A stretch of DNA of 64,000 nt, from assembly GCF_009914755.1 (NCBI RefSeq), contig NC_060934.1, one strand, 5' to 3'. This document shows positions 26,601 to 40,800 of this stretch, one piece after another. Made by a program: the position numbers and the translations under genes. The DNA is from the human T2T-CHM13v2.0 reference genome, Homo sapiens. Below the pieces are notes generated by a model that saw nothing but the letters and a program-made list of their open reading frames with translations, was not told the DNA's origin and searched no databases. The number at the start of each line of letters is the position of its first letter. Positions within the stretch are counted from its first letter, which is position 1.

Positions 26601-29600
26601 TGGAATGGAATGGAAAGGAATGGAATGGAATGGAAAGGAATGGAAGGGAATGAAATGGAATGGAATGGAATGGAATGGAATGGAATGTAACGGCATGGAA
26701 TGCAATGGAATGGAGTGGAATCAACCCGAGTGGAATGGAATGGAATGGACTGTAACGGCATGGAATGGAATGTAATGGACTGGAAACAAACCGAGTGGAA
26801 TGGAATGAAATGGAAACGAATGGAATGGAATCAACCCGAGTGAAATGGAGTGGAATGGAATGGAATGGAATCAACCCGAGTGGAATGGAATGGAATGGAT
26901 TGGAATGGAATGAACCCGACTGCAACGGAATGGAATGGAATGGAAAGGAATGGAATGGAATGAAATGAACACGAGTGGAATGGAATGGAATAGAATGGAA
27001 TGGAATATAATAGAATGGAATGGAATGGAATGGAATGGAAGAGAATGGATTGGAATCAACCTGAGTGGAAAGGAATGGAATGGAAAGGAATAGAATTGAA
27101 TGGAAAGGAATGGAATGCAATGGAATGCAATGGTATGGAATGGACTCAACCCGAGTGGAATGGAATGGAATGGAATCGAATGCAATGGAATGGAATGGAA
27201 TGCTATGGAATGGAGTGGAATGGAATAAACACCAGTGGAATGGAATGGAATGGAATGGAATGGAATGGAATGGAATGGAATGGACTAGAATGGAATGGAA
27301 TGGAATGAAATCCACCCGTTTGGAATGGAATCGAATGCAATGGAATGGATTGGAATCACCTGGATAAGAATGAAATGGAATGGAATGGAATGGAATGGAA
27401 TGGAATGGAATGGAATGGAATGGAATGCAATGGAAAGGAATGGAATGAAATCAACCCGAGTGGAATGGATTGGAATAGAGTGGAATGGAATGGAAATGCA
27501 TGGAATGCAATGGAATCAACTGGAATGGAATGGAATGGAATGGAATGGAATGGAATGGAATGGAATGGACAGGAATGGAATGGAATGGAATGGAGTGGAA
27601 TGGACTAGAATGGAATGGAATGGAATGAAATAAACCGGATTGGAATGGAATGCAATGCAATGGAATGGAATGGAATCAACTGGAAAGGAATCAAATGGCA
27701 CGGAATGGAATGGAATGGAATGCAAAGAATGGAATGGAATCAACTCGATGGGAAAGGAATGGAATGGCATGGAATCGAATGTAAAGGAAAGGAATGGAAA
27801 GCAAAGGAATGCAATGGTATGGAATGGAGTCAACCCGAGTGGAATGGAATGGAATGGAATGGAATGGAATGGAATGGAATGCAATGGATTGGAGTGGAAT
27901 TGAATAAACACTAGTGGAATGGAATGGAATGGAATGGCATGGACAGGAATGGAATGGAATGGAATGGAATGAAATGGAATGGAATGGAATGGACTAGAAT
28001 GGAATGGAATGGAATGAAATCAACCAGATTGGAATGGAATGGAATGCAATGGAAGGTAATGGAATCAACAGGAAAGGAATGAAGTGGAGTGGAATGGAAT
28101 GGAATGAAATGGAGTGGAATGGAATGGAATGGAATGGAATGGAATTAACCCGAGTAGAATGCTATGGAATGGAATGAAATGGAATGGAATGAAATCAACC
28201 CTAATGGAATGGATTTGAATAAAGTGGAATGGAATGGAATGACATGGAATGCAATGGAATCAACTAGAATGGTATGGAATGGAATGAAAAGGACAGGAAT
28301 GGAATGGAAAGGAATGGAATGGAATGGACTGGAATCGACTAGAATGGAATGGAATGGAATGAAATCAACCCGATTGGAATGGAATGGAACGCAATGGAAT
28401 GGAATGGAATCAACTTGAAAGGAATGAAATGGAATGGAATGGAATGGAATGGAATCAACCCGAGTGGAATGCAATGGAATGGAATGGAATAGAATGGAAT
28501 GGAATGGAATGGAATGGAATGGAGTGGAATCAACTCGAGTGGAATGGATTGAAATGGAGTGGAATGGAATGGAACGGCATGGAATGCAATGGAATCAACT
28601 AGAATGGAATGGAATGGAATGCATTGGAATGGAATCGAACGGAATCAACCTGAGTGGAATGGAATGGAATGGAATGGAATGAATGGAATGGAAACTAAAG
28701 GAATGGAATGGAAAGGAAACAACCCGAGTGGAATGGAATGCAGTGGAATGCAATGGAATGTAATGGAATGGAATGGAATTCAGTGTAATGGAAACAAACC
28801 GAGTGGAATATAATGGAATGAAAAGGACTGGGATGTAATGGAATGGATTGGAATCAACCCGATTACAACGCAACGGAATGAAATGGAAGGGAATGGAATT
28901 CAATGGAAAAGAATGGAATGAACTGGAATGCAATGGAATTTAATGGAATGGAATGGAACGGAATGGAATCAACCCGAGGGGAGTCGAATGGAATGGAAAG
29001 GAAATGAATGGAATGGAATGGAATGGAACGAAATGGAATGACCCCGAGTAGAATGGAATGGAATGGAATGGAATGGAATCAACCCGAGTGGAAAGGAATG
29101 GAATGGAATGGAATAAACATGAATGGAATGGAATGGAATGGAATGGAATCAACTTGAGTGGAATGAAATGTAACGTCATAGAATGGAATGGAATGGAATG
29201 GAATGGAATAGAATGGAATGGAATCAACTAGAGTGGAAAGGAATGGAATGGAAAGGAATGGAATGGAATGGAATGGAATGGAATGGAACGGAATGGAATG
29301 GAATAGAATGTAATGGAATCAACACGAGTGGAAAGGAATGGAATGGAAAGGAATGGAATTGAAAAGAAAGGAATGGAATGCAATAGAATGCCATGGTATG
29401 GAATGGAGTCAACCCGAGTGGATTGGAATGGAACGGAATGGAATGGAATGAAATGGAATGGAATGGAATGCAACGGAATGTAGTGGAATGGAATAAAAAC
29501 CAATGGAATGGAATGGAATGGAATGGAATGGACAGGAATGGAATGGAATGGAATCGAATGGAATGGAATGGACTAGAATGGAATGAGATGGAATGAAATC

Positions 29601-32600
29601 AACCCGATTGGAATGGAATGGAATGCAATGGAATGGAATGGAATCAATTGGAAAGGAATGAAATGAATGGAATGGAATGGAATGGAATGGAATGGAATGG
29701 AATGGAATGGAAAGGAATCAACCCGGGTAGAATGCAATGGAATGGAAAGGAATGGAATGGAATGGAATCAACCCGAGTTGATTGGAAGGGAATGGAATGG
29801 AATGGAATGGAATGGAATGGAATGGAATGGAATGGAATCAACTCGAGTGGAATGGAATGGAATGGAATGGAATCAACCCGAGTGGAATGGAATGGAATGG
29901 AATGGAATGGAATGGAATGGAATGGAATGGAATGGACTAGAATGGAATGGAAAGGAAAGGAATGGAATGCAATGAAATGCAATGGTATGGAATGGAGTCA
30001 ACCCGAGTGGAATGGAATGGAAAGGAATGGAATGAAATGGAATGGAATGGAATGCAATGGAATGGAGTGGAATGGAATAATCAACAGTGGAATGGAATGC
30101 AATGGAATAGAGTGGAATGGAATAAGCACCAGTGGAATGGAATGGAATGGAATGGAATGGAATGGTCAGGAATGGAATGGAATGGAATGGAATGGAATGG
30201 AATGGAATGGAAAGGACTAGAAGGGAATGGAATGGAATGAAATCAACCCGATTGGAATGGAATGGAATGCAATGGAATGGAATGGAATCAGCTGGAAAGG
30301 AATCAAAGGTAATGGAATGGAATGCAATGGAATGGAATGGAATGGAATGGAATAGAATGGAATAGAATCAACTCGAGTGGAAAGGAATGGAAAGGAAAGG
30401 AATGGAATGGAAAGGAAGCGAATGGAATGCAATGGAGTGCAATTGTATGGAATGGATTCAACCCGAGTGGAATGGAATGGAATTAAATGGAATGAAATGG
30501 AATGAAATGGAATGGAATGGTATTTAATGGAATGGAGTGGAATGGAATGGAATGGAATGGAATAGACAGGATTGGAATGGAATGTAATGAAATCAACACG
30601 ATTGGAATGGAGTGGAATGCAACGGAATGGAATGGAATCAACTGGAAAGGAATGAAATGGAATGGAATGGAATGCAATAGAATGGAATGGAATGGAATCA
30701 ACTCGAGTGGAATTCAATGGAATGGAATGGAATGGAATGGAATCAACCCGAGTGGAATGGATTGGAATGGAGTGGAATGGAATGCAACGGCATGGAATGC
30801 TATGGAATCAACTAGAATGGAATGGAATGGAATGGATTGGAAAGGAATCGAACGGAATCAACCTGAGTGGAATGGAATGGAATGGAATGGAATGGAATGA
30901 AATGAATGGAATGGAACGGAATGGATACTAATGCAATGGAATGGAAAGGAAACAACCCGAGTGGAATGGAATGCAATGGAATGCAATGGAATGGAGTGGA
31001 ATTCAATGTAATGGAAACAAACCGAGTGGAATGTAGTGAAATGGAAAGGACTGGAATGTGATGGAATGTATTGGAATCAACCCGATTCCAATGCAACGGA
31101 ATGGAATGGAATGGAAGGGTATGGAATCTAATGGAAACGAATGGAATGACCTGGAATGGAATGGATTGGAATGGAATTTAATGGAATGGAATGGAATGGA
31201 ATGGAATGGAATCAACCCGAGTGGAGTGGAATGGAATGGAATGGAAATGAATGGAATGGAATGGAATGGAATGGAATGGAATGGAACGGAACGTAATGCA
31301 ATGAACCCGAGTGAAACGGAATGGAATGGAATGGAATGGAATGGAATCATCCCGAGTGGAATGGAATGGAATAGAATGGAATAAAAACGAGTGGAATGAA
31401 TGGAATGGAATGGAATGGAAAGGAATGGACTAGAATGGAATGGAAAGGAAAGGAATTTAATGCAATGGAATGGAATGGAGTCAACCCGAGTGGAATGGAA
31501 TGGAATGGAATGGAATAAAATGGAATGGAATGCAATGCAAAGGAATGGAGTGGAATGGAATAAACACCAGTGGAATGGAATGGAATGGAATGGAAAGAAA
31601 TGGAATGGAATGGAATGCAATGGAATGGAGTGGAACGGAATAAAAAACAGTGGAATGGAATGCAATGGAATAGAGCTAGAATGGAATAAACACCAGTGGA
31701 CTGGAATGGAACGGAATGGAATGGACATGAATGGAATGGACAGGAACGGAATGGAATGGAAAGGCTAGAATGGAATGGAATGGAATGAAATCAACCCGAC
31801 TGGAATGGAATGGAATGCAATGGAATGGAATGGAATCAACTGGAAAGGAATCAAAGGGAACGGAATGGTATGGAATGGAATGGAATAGAATGGAATGGAA
31901 TGGAATGGAATAGAATGGAATAGAATCAACTCGAGTGGAAAGGAATGGAATGGAAAGGAATGGAATGGAAAGGAAACGAATGGAATGCAATGGAATGCAA
32001 TGGTATGGAATGGAGTCAACCCGAGTGGAATGGAATGGAATGTAATGGAATGAAATGGAATGTAATGGAATGAAATGGAATGGAATGGAATGCAATGGAA
32101 TGGAGTGGAATGGAATAAACACCAGTGGAATGGAATGCAATGGAATGGAGGGGAATGGAAAGAAATGGAATGGAATGGAATGGAATGGATTGGAATGGAG
32201 AGGAATGGAATGGAATGGAATGGATTGGAATCGAATGGAATGGGCTAGAATGGAATGGAATGGAATTAAATCAACCCGATTGGAATGGAATGGAATGAAA
32301 TGGAATGGAAGGGAATCAACAGGAAAGGAACGAAATGGAATCGAATGGAATGGAATGGAATGGAATGGAATGGAATGGAATGGAATGGAATCCACCCGAG
32401 TCGAATGCAATGGAATGGAATGGAATGGAATGGAATCAACCCGGGTGGAATGGATTGGAATGGAGTAGAACGGAATGGAACGGCATGCAATGCAATGGAA
32501 TCAACTAGAATGGAATGGAATGGAATCGAACGGAATCAACCTGAGTGGAATGGAATGGAATGGAATGAATGGAATGGAATGGAACGGATACTAATGGAAT

Positions 32601-33630
32601 GGAATGGAAAGGAAACAACCCGAGTGGAATGCAATGCAATGGAATGCAATGGAGAGGAGTGGAATGGAATGAAATGGAATGGAATGGAATGGAATGGAAT
32701 GGAATGGAATTCAATGTAATGGAAACAAACCGAGTGGAATGTAATGGAATGGAAAGGACTGCAATGTAATGGAATGGATTGGAATCAACTCGATTCCAAT
32801 GCAACCGAATGGAATGGAATGGAATGGAATGGAAGGGAATGGAATGGAATGGAAAGGAATGGAATGAACTGCAATGGAATGGAATGGAATGGAAGTTAAT
32901 GGAATGGAATGGAATGGAATGGAATGGAATGGAATCAACACGAGTGGAGTGGAATGGAATGGAATGGAATGGAATGGCATGTAATAAACACGATTGGAAT
33001 GGAATGGAATGGAATGGAATGGAAAGGAATTGAATAGAATGTAATGGAATCAACACGAGTGGAAAGGAATGGAATGGAAAGGAATGGAATGGAAAGGAAA
33101 GAATGGAATGCAATAGAATGCAATGGTATGGAATGGAGACAACCCGAGTGGAATGGAATGACATGGAATGGAATGAAATGGAATGGAATGGAATGGAATG
33201 CAATGGAATGGAATGGAATGGAATCTACCCAATTGGAATGGAATGGAATGGAATGGAATCTACCCAATTGGAATGGAATGGAATGGAATGGAATAGAATG
33301 GAATGGAATGGAATGGCATGTAATAAACAGGATTGGAATGGAATGGAATGGAATGCAATTTAAAGGAATGGAATAGAATATAATGGAATCCACTCGAGTG
33401 GAAAGGAATGGAATGGAAAGGAATGGAATGGAAAGGAAAGAATGGAATGCAATAGAATGCAATGTTATGGAATGGAGTCAACCCGAGTGGAATTGAATGG
33501 AATGGAATGGAATGAAATGGAATGGAATGGAATGCAATGGAATGGAGTGGAATGGAATAAACAGCAGTGGAATGGAAGGGAATGGAAGGGAATGGAATGG
33601 ACAGGAATGGAATGGAATGGAATGGAATGG
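16190..33630 (+). repeat. ~18.3-kb-offset diverged duplication, copy A
   Basis: Colinear landmarks with the region from 34670: CAACCAGAGTGCAATGGAATGGAAAGAAATTG 16192/34673; CAACCCGGGTAG 23577/41781; ORF pairs 27345/45629, 28164/46443, 28595/46854, 31058/48753; then 31400/55759, 32569/57008, 33044/57468. Confidence 0.88.
18860..29210 (+). repeat. Older ~7-kb-offset homology (18860-21900 vs 25830-29210; also seen at 5880-8910, 37000-40030, 44100-47480, 50200-53510)
   Basis: Shared ordered landmarks: TTCAGTGTAATGGAAACAAACC, ACTAAAAGGATTGAACCCGAG (19333/26305), CAATTAAACTGC, GAACCCGACTGC, CAACAGGAAAGGAATGAAGTGG, CAACCCTAAT, CCGAGGGGAGTCG (21681/28974), GACCCCGAGTAG. Confidence 0.75.
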
Positions 33631-34395
33631 AATGGATTGGAATGGAGAGGAATGGAATGGAATGGAATGGATTGGAATCGAATGGAATGGGCTAGAATGG
33701 AATGGAATGGAATTAAATCAACCCGATTGGAATGGAATGGAATGAAATGGAATGGAAGGGAATCAACAGGAAAGGAACGAAATGGAATGGAATGGAATGG
33801 AATGGAATGGAATGGAATGGAATGGAATGGAATCCACCCGAGTCGAATGCAATGGAATGGAATGGAATGGAATGGAATCAACCCAGGTGGAATGGATTGG
33901 AATGGAGTAGAACGGAATGGAACGGCATGCAATGCAATGGAATCAACTAGAATGGAATGGAATGGAATCGAACGGAATCAACCTGAGTGGAATGGAATGG
34001 AATGGAATGAATGGAATGGAGTGGAACGGATACTAATGGAATGGAATGGAAAGGAAACAACCCGAGTGGAATGGAATGCAATGGAATGCAATGGAGAGGA
34101 GTGGAATGGAATGAAATGGAATGGAATGGAATGGAATGGAATTCAATGTAATGGAAACAAACCGAGTGGAATGTAATGGAATGGAAAGGACTGCAATGTA
34201 ATGGAATGGATTGGAATCAACCCGATTCCAATGCAACCGAATGGAATGGAATGGAATGGAATGGAAGGGAATGGAATGGAATGGAAAGGAATGGAATGAA
34301 CTGCAATGGAATGGAATGGAATGGAAGTTAATGGAATGGAATGGAATGGAATGGAATGGAATCAACCCGAGTGGAGTGGAATGGAATGGAATGGA
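32187..34395 (+). repeat. Local duplication at ~1.44-kb offset (32187-32960 repeated at 33634-34395)
   Basis: GGATTGGAATGGAGAGG, GGGCTAGAAT, TCCACCCGAGTCGAATGC, GGATACTAAT, GCAACCGAAT and GGAAGTTAAT appear in the same order in both. ORF pair 32285/33732. Confidence 0.85.
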
Positions 34396-34692
34396 AATGA
34401 ATGGAATGGAATGGAATGGAATGGAATGGAATGGAATGGAACGGAACGGAATGGAAAGAACCCGAGTGGAATGGAATGGAATGGAATGGAATGGAATGGA
34501 ATGGAATGGAATGGAATGGAACGGAATTGAATCTACCCAATTGGAATGGAATGGAATGGAATGGAACGGAATGGAATGTACCCAATTGGAATGGAATGGA
34601 ATGGAATGGAATGGAATGGAATGGCATGTAATAATCACGATTGGAATGGAATGGAATGGAATGGAATGGAATCAACCAGAGTGCAATGGAAT

Positions 34693-34825
34693 GGAAAGAA
34701 ATTGAAATGAATGGAATGGAATGGAATGGAATGGAATGGAATGGAATGGAATGGCATGGAATGGAATGGAAAGAAATTGAAATGAATGGAATGGAATGGA
34801 ATGGAATGGAATGGAATGGCATGGA
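34693..34825 (+). repeat. ~75-bp local tandem duplication (GGAAAGAAATTGAAATGAATGG...GGCATGG)x2
   Basis: Motif at 34693 and 34768; single copy at the homologous sites ~3237 and ~16212. Confidence 0.85.
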
Positions 34826-37800
34826 ATGGAATGGAATGGAGTGGAATCAACCCGAGTGGAATGGAATGGAATGGAATCTAATGGCATGGAATGGAATGGA
34901 ATGGACTGAAATCAACCCGAGTGGAATGGAATGGAATGGAATGGACTGGAATGGAATGGAATAGAATGGAATCAACCCGAGTGGAATGAAATGGAATGGA
35001 ATGGAGTGGAAAGGAATACAATGGAATGGAATGGAATGGAATGGAATGGAATGGAATGGAATGGAATCAACACGAGGGGAATGGAATGGAATGGAATGGA
35101 CTGGAATAAACACGAGTGGAATGGAATGGAATGTAATGGAATAGAATGGAATGGAATCAACTCGAGTGGAAAAGAATGGAACGGAAAGCAATGGAATGGA
35201 AAGGAAAGTAATGGAATGCACTGGAATGCAATGGTATGGAATTGAGTCAACCAGAGTGGAGTGGAAAAGAATGAAATGGAATGGAATGGAATGCAATGGA
35301 ATGGAGTGGAATGGAATAAACACCAGTGGAATGTAATGGAATGGAATGGAATGGAATGGAATGGAATGGACAGGATTGGAATGGAATGGAATGGAACGGA
35401 ATGCTATGGAATGGAATGCAAACAACTGGTAAGGAATGAAATGGAATGGAATGGAATGGAATGGACTGGAATCAACACGAGTGGAATGCAATGGAATGGA
35501 ATGGAATGGAATGGAATAAAATCAACCCGAGTGGAATGCATAGGAATAGAGTGGAATGGAAAGGAAAGGCATGGAATGCAATGGAATCAACTAGAATGGA
35601 ATGGAATGGAATGGACAGGAATGGAATGGTATGGAATGGAATGGAATGGAATGGAATGGAATGGAATGGTGTGGAATGGACTAGAATGGAATGGAATTGA
35701 ATGAAATCAACCCGATTGGAATGGAATGGAATGCAATGGAATGGAACGGAAACCACTGGAAAGGAATCAAATGGAATGGAATGGAATTGAACGGAATGGA
35801 ATGGAATGGAATGGAATGGAATGGAATGGAATCAACCTGAGTAGAATGCAATGGAATGGAATTCAATGGAATGGAATGGAATCAACCCGATTGGAATGGA
35901 TTGGAAGGCAGTGGAATGGAATGGAACGGCATGTAATGCAATGGAATCAACTAAAATGGAATGGAATGGAATGGATTGGGATGGAATCGAACGGGATCAA
36001 CCCGAGTGGAATAGAATGGAAAGGAATGGAATGAATGGAATGCAATTAAATGGAATGGAAACTAATGGAATGGAATGGAAAGGAAGAAACCCGAGTGGAA
36101 TGGAAAGCAATGGAATGCAATGGAATGGAATGGAATGGAATGGAATTAAATGTAATGCAAAGAAACCGAGTGGAATGTAATGGCATGGAAAGGACTGGAA
36201 TGTAATTCAATGGTTTGGAATCAACCTGATTCCAATGCAACGGAATGGAATGGAATGGAATGGAATGGAATGGAATGGAATGGAATGGAATTATCTCGAG
36301 TGGAAAGGAATGGAATGTAAAGGAATGGAATGGAAAGGAAAGGAATGGAATGCCATGGAATGCAATGGTATGGAATGGAGTCAACCCGAGTGGAATGGAA
36401 TGGAATGGAATGGAATGAAATGGAATGGAATGGAATGCAATGGAATGGAGTGGAATGGAATAAACACCAGTGGAATGGAATGCAATGGAATGGAGTGGAA
36501 TGGAATAAACACCAGGGGAATGGAATGGAATGGAATGGAATGGAATGGAATGGAATGGAATGGAATGGAATGGAATTTTATGGACAGTAATGGAACGGAA
36601 TGGAATGGAATGGAATGGAATGGAATGGATTGGAATTGACTAGAATAGAATGTAATGGAATGAAATCAACCCGATTGGAATGGAAAGGAATGCAATGGAA
36701 TGGAATGGAATCAACTGGAAAGGAATGAAATGGAAGGGAATGGAGTGGAAAGGAATGGAATGGAATGGAATGGAATGGAATCAACCCGAGTGGAATGCAA
36801 TGGAAAGGAATGGAATGGAATGGAATGGAATCAACTCGAGTGGAATTAATTGGAATGGAGTGGAATGGAATGGAACGGCATGGAATGCAATGGAATCAAC
36901 TAGAATGGAATGGAATGGAATGGATTGAATTGGAATCGAATGGAATCACACTGAGTGGAATGGAATGGAATGGAATGGAATGAATGGACTGGAATGGATT
37001 GGAAACTAAAGGAATGGAATGGAAAGGAAACAACCCGAGTGGAATGGAATGCAATGGAATGGAATGGAATGGAATGGAATGGAATGGAATTCAGTGTAAT
37101 GGAAACAAACCGATTGGAATATAATGGAAAGAAAAAGACTGGGATGTAATGGAATGGATAGGAATCAACCCGATTACAATGCAACGGAATAGAATGGAAG
37201 GGAATGGAATGGAATGGAAAGGAATGGAATGAACTGGAATGCAATGGAATTTAATGGAATGGAATGGAACGGAATGGAATGAACCCGAGTGGAGTGGAAT
37301 GGAATGGAAAGGAAATGAATGGAATGGAATGGAATGGAATGGAACGGAACTAAATGAAATGAACCCGAGTAGAATGGAATGGAATGGAATGGAATGGATC
37401 AACCCGAGTGGAATGGAATGGAATGAAATGGAATGGAATGGAATGGAATGGAATGGAACGGAACTAAAAGGATTGAACCCGAGTCGAATTGAATGGAATG
37501 GAATGGAATGGAATGGAATCAACCCGAGTGGAATGGAATAGAGCGGAATAAACACGAATGGAATGGAATGGAATGGAATGGAATGGAATGGAATGGAATG
37601 GAATCAACTCGAGTGGAATGAAACGGAACGTCATGGAATGGAATAGAATGGAATGGAATGGAATGGAGTGGAATAGAATGGAATCAATTCGAGTGCAATG
37701 TAATGGAATAGAATGGAGTCAATTAAACTGCAATGTAATGGTATACAATGGAATGGAATGGAAAGGAATGGAATGGAATCAACCAGAGTGGAATGGAATG

Positions 37801-40800
37801 GAAAGGAATGGAATGGAATGGAAAGGAATGGAATGGAATGAATTGGAATGGAATGGAATGGAATGGAATGGAATGTAACGGCATGGAATGCAATGGAATG
37901 GAGTGGAATCAACCCGAGTGAAATGGAATGGAATGGACTATAACGGCATGGTATGGAATGGAATGGAATGGAAACAAACCGAGTGGAATGGAATGGAATG
38001 GAAACGAATGGAATGGAATCAACCCGAGTGGAATGGAGTGGAATGGAATGGAATGGAATCAACCCGAGTGGAATGGAATGGATTGGAATGGAATGAACCC
38101 GACTGCAACGGAATGGAATGGAATGGAAAGGAATGGAATGGAATGAAATGAACACGAGTGGAATGGAATGGAATGGAATAGAATGGAATGGAATGGAAAG
38201 GAATGGAATGGAATGGAATGGAATGGAATGGAATGGAATGGAATGGAATTTTATGGACAGTAATGGAACGGAATGGAATGGAATGGAATGGAATGGAATG
38301 GAATTGACTAGAATGGAATGGAATGGAATGAAATAAACCGGATTGGAATGGAATGGAATGCAATGGAATGGAATGGAATCAACCGGAAAGGAATCAAATG
38401 GAACGGAATGAAATGGAATGGAATGGAAAAAATGGAATGGAATCAACTCGAGGGGAAAGGAATGGAATGGCAAGGAATCGAATGGAAAGGAAAGGAATGG
38501 AATACAAAGGAATGCAATGGTATGGAACGGAGACAACCCGAGTGGAATGGAATGGAATGGAATGGAATGGAATGGAATGGAATGGAATGGAATGGAATGG
38601 ATTGGAGTGGAATGGAATAAACACCAGTGGAAAGGAATGGAATGGAATGGAATGGCATGGACAGGAATGGAATGGAATGGAATGGAATGAAATGGAATGG
38701 AATGGAATGGACTAGAATGGAATGGAATGGAATGAAATCAACCAGATTGGAATGGAATGGAATGCAATGGAGTGGAATGGAATCAACAGGAAAGGAATGA
38801 AGTGGAGTGGAATGGAATGGAATGAAATGGAGTGGAATGGAATGGAATGGAATGGAATGGAATGGAATGGAATTAACCCGAGTAGAATGTTATGGAATGG
38901 AATGAAATGGAATGGAATGAAATCAACCCTAATGGAATGGATTGGAATAAAATGGAATGTAATGGAATGGCATGGAATGCAATGGAATCAACTAGAATGG
39001 AATGGAATGGAATGAAATGGACAGGAATGGAATGGAATGGAATGGAATGGAATGGACTGGAATGGACTAGAATGGAATGGAATGGAATGAAATCAACCCG
39101 AATGGAATGGAATGGAATGCAATGGAATGGAATGGAATCAACTTGAAAGGAATGAAATGGAATGGAATGGAATGGAATGGAATCAACCCGAGTGGAATGC
39201 AATGGAATGGAATGGAATGGCATGGAATGGAATGGAATGGAATGGAATGGAATCAACTCGAGGGGAATGGATTGAAATGGAGTGGAATGGAATGGAACGG
39301 CATGGAATGCAATGGAATCAACTAGAATGGAATGGAATGGAATGGATTGGAATGGAATCGAACGGAATCAACCTGAGTGGAATGGAATGGAATGGAATGG
39401 AATGAATGGAATGGAAACTAAAGGAATGGAATGGAAAGGAAACAACCCGAGTGGAATGGAATGCAATGGAATGCAATGGAAAGGAATGGAATGGAATGGA
39501 ATTGAATGGAATGAATGGAATGGAAACTAAAGGAACGGAATGGAAAGGAAACAACCCGAGTGGAATGGAATTCAATGGAATGCAATGGAATGGAATGGAA
39601 TGGAATGGAATTCAGTGTAATGGAAACAAACCGAGTGGAATATAATGGAATGAAAAGGATTGGGATGTAATGGAATGGATTGGAATCAACCCGATTACAA
39701 CGCAACGGAATGGAATAGAAGGGAATGGAACTCAATGGAAAAGAATGGAATGAACTGGAATGCAATGGAATTTAATGGAATGGGATGGAACGGAATGGAA
39801 TCAACACGAGGGGAGTCGAATGGAATGGAAAGGAAATGAATGGAATGGAATGGAATGGAAAGAAATGGAATGACCCCGAGTAGAATGGAATGGAATGGAA
39901 TGGAATGGAATGGAATGGAATTGAATGGAATCAACTCGAGTGGAATGAAATGTAACGTCATGGAATGGAATGGAATGGAATGGAATGGAATGGAATGGAA
40001 TAGAAAGGAATCAATTCGAGTGCAATGTAATGGTATGGAATGGAATGGAATGGAATGGAATGTAACGGCATGGAATGCAATGGAATGGAGTGGAATCAAC
40101 CCAAGTGGAATGGAATGGAATGACTGTAACGGCATGGAATGGAATGGAAAGGAATGGAATAAAACCGAGTGGATTGGAATGGAAAGGAATGGAACGGAAA
40201 TGAATGGAGTGGAATCAACCCGAGTGGAATGGACTGGAATGGAATGGAATGGAATCAACCCGAGTGGAATAGAATGGAATGGAATGGAATGGAATCAACC
40301 CGAGTGCAATGGAATGCAATGGAATGAAAAGGAATGGAATCAAATGAAATGAACACGTGTGGAATGGAATGGAATGGAATGGAATGGAATGGAATGGAAT
40401 GGAATGGAGTGGAAGAGAATGGAATGGAATCAACCCGAGTTGAAAGGAATGGAATGGAAAGGAATAGAATGGAATGGAAAGGAATGGAATGCAATGGAAT
40501 GCAATGGTATGGAATGGAGTCAACCCGAGTGGATGGAATGGAATGGAATCGAATGGAATGGAATGGAATGGAATGCAATGGAATGGAGTGGAATGGAATA
40601 AACACCAGTGGAATGGAATGGAATGGAATGGAATGGAATGGACTAGAATGGAATGGAATGGAATGAAATCAACCCGATTGGAATGGAATGGAATGCAATG
40701 GAATGGAATGGAATCACCTGGAAAGGAATGAAATGGAATGGAATGGAATGGAATGGAATGAATGCAATGGAATGGAATGGAATGGAATGAATGGAATGGA

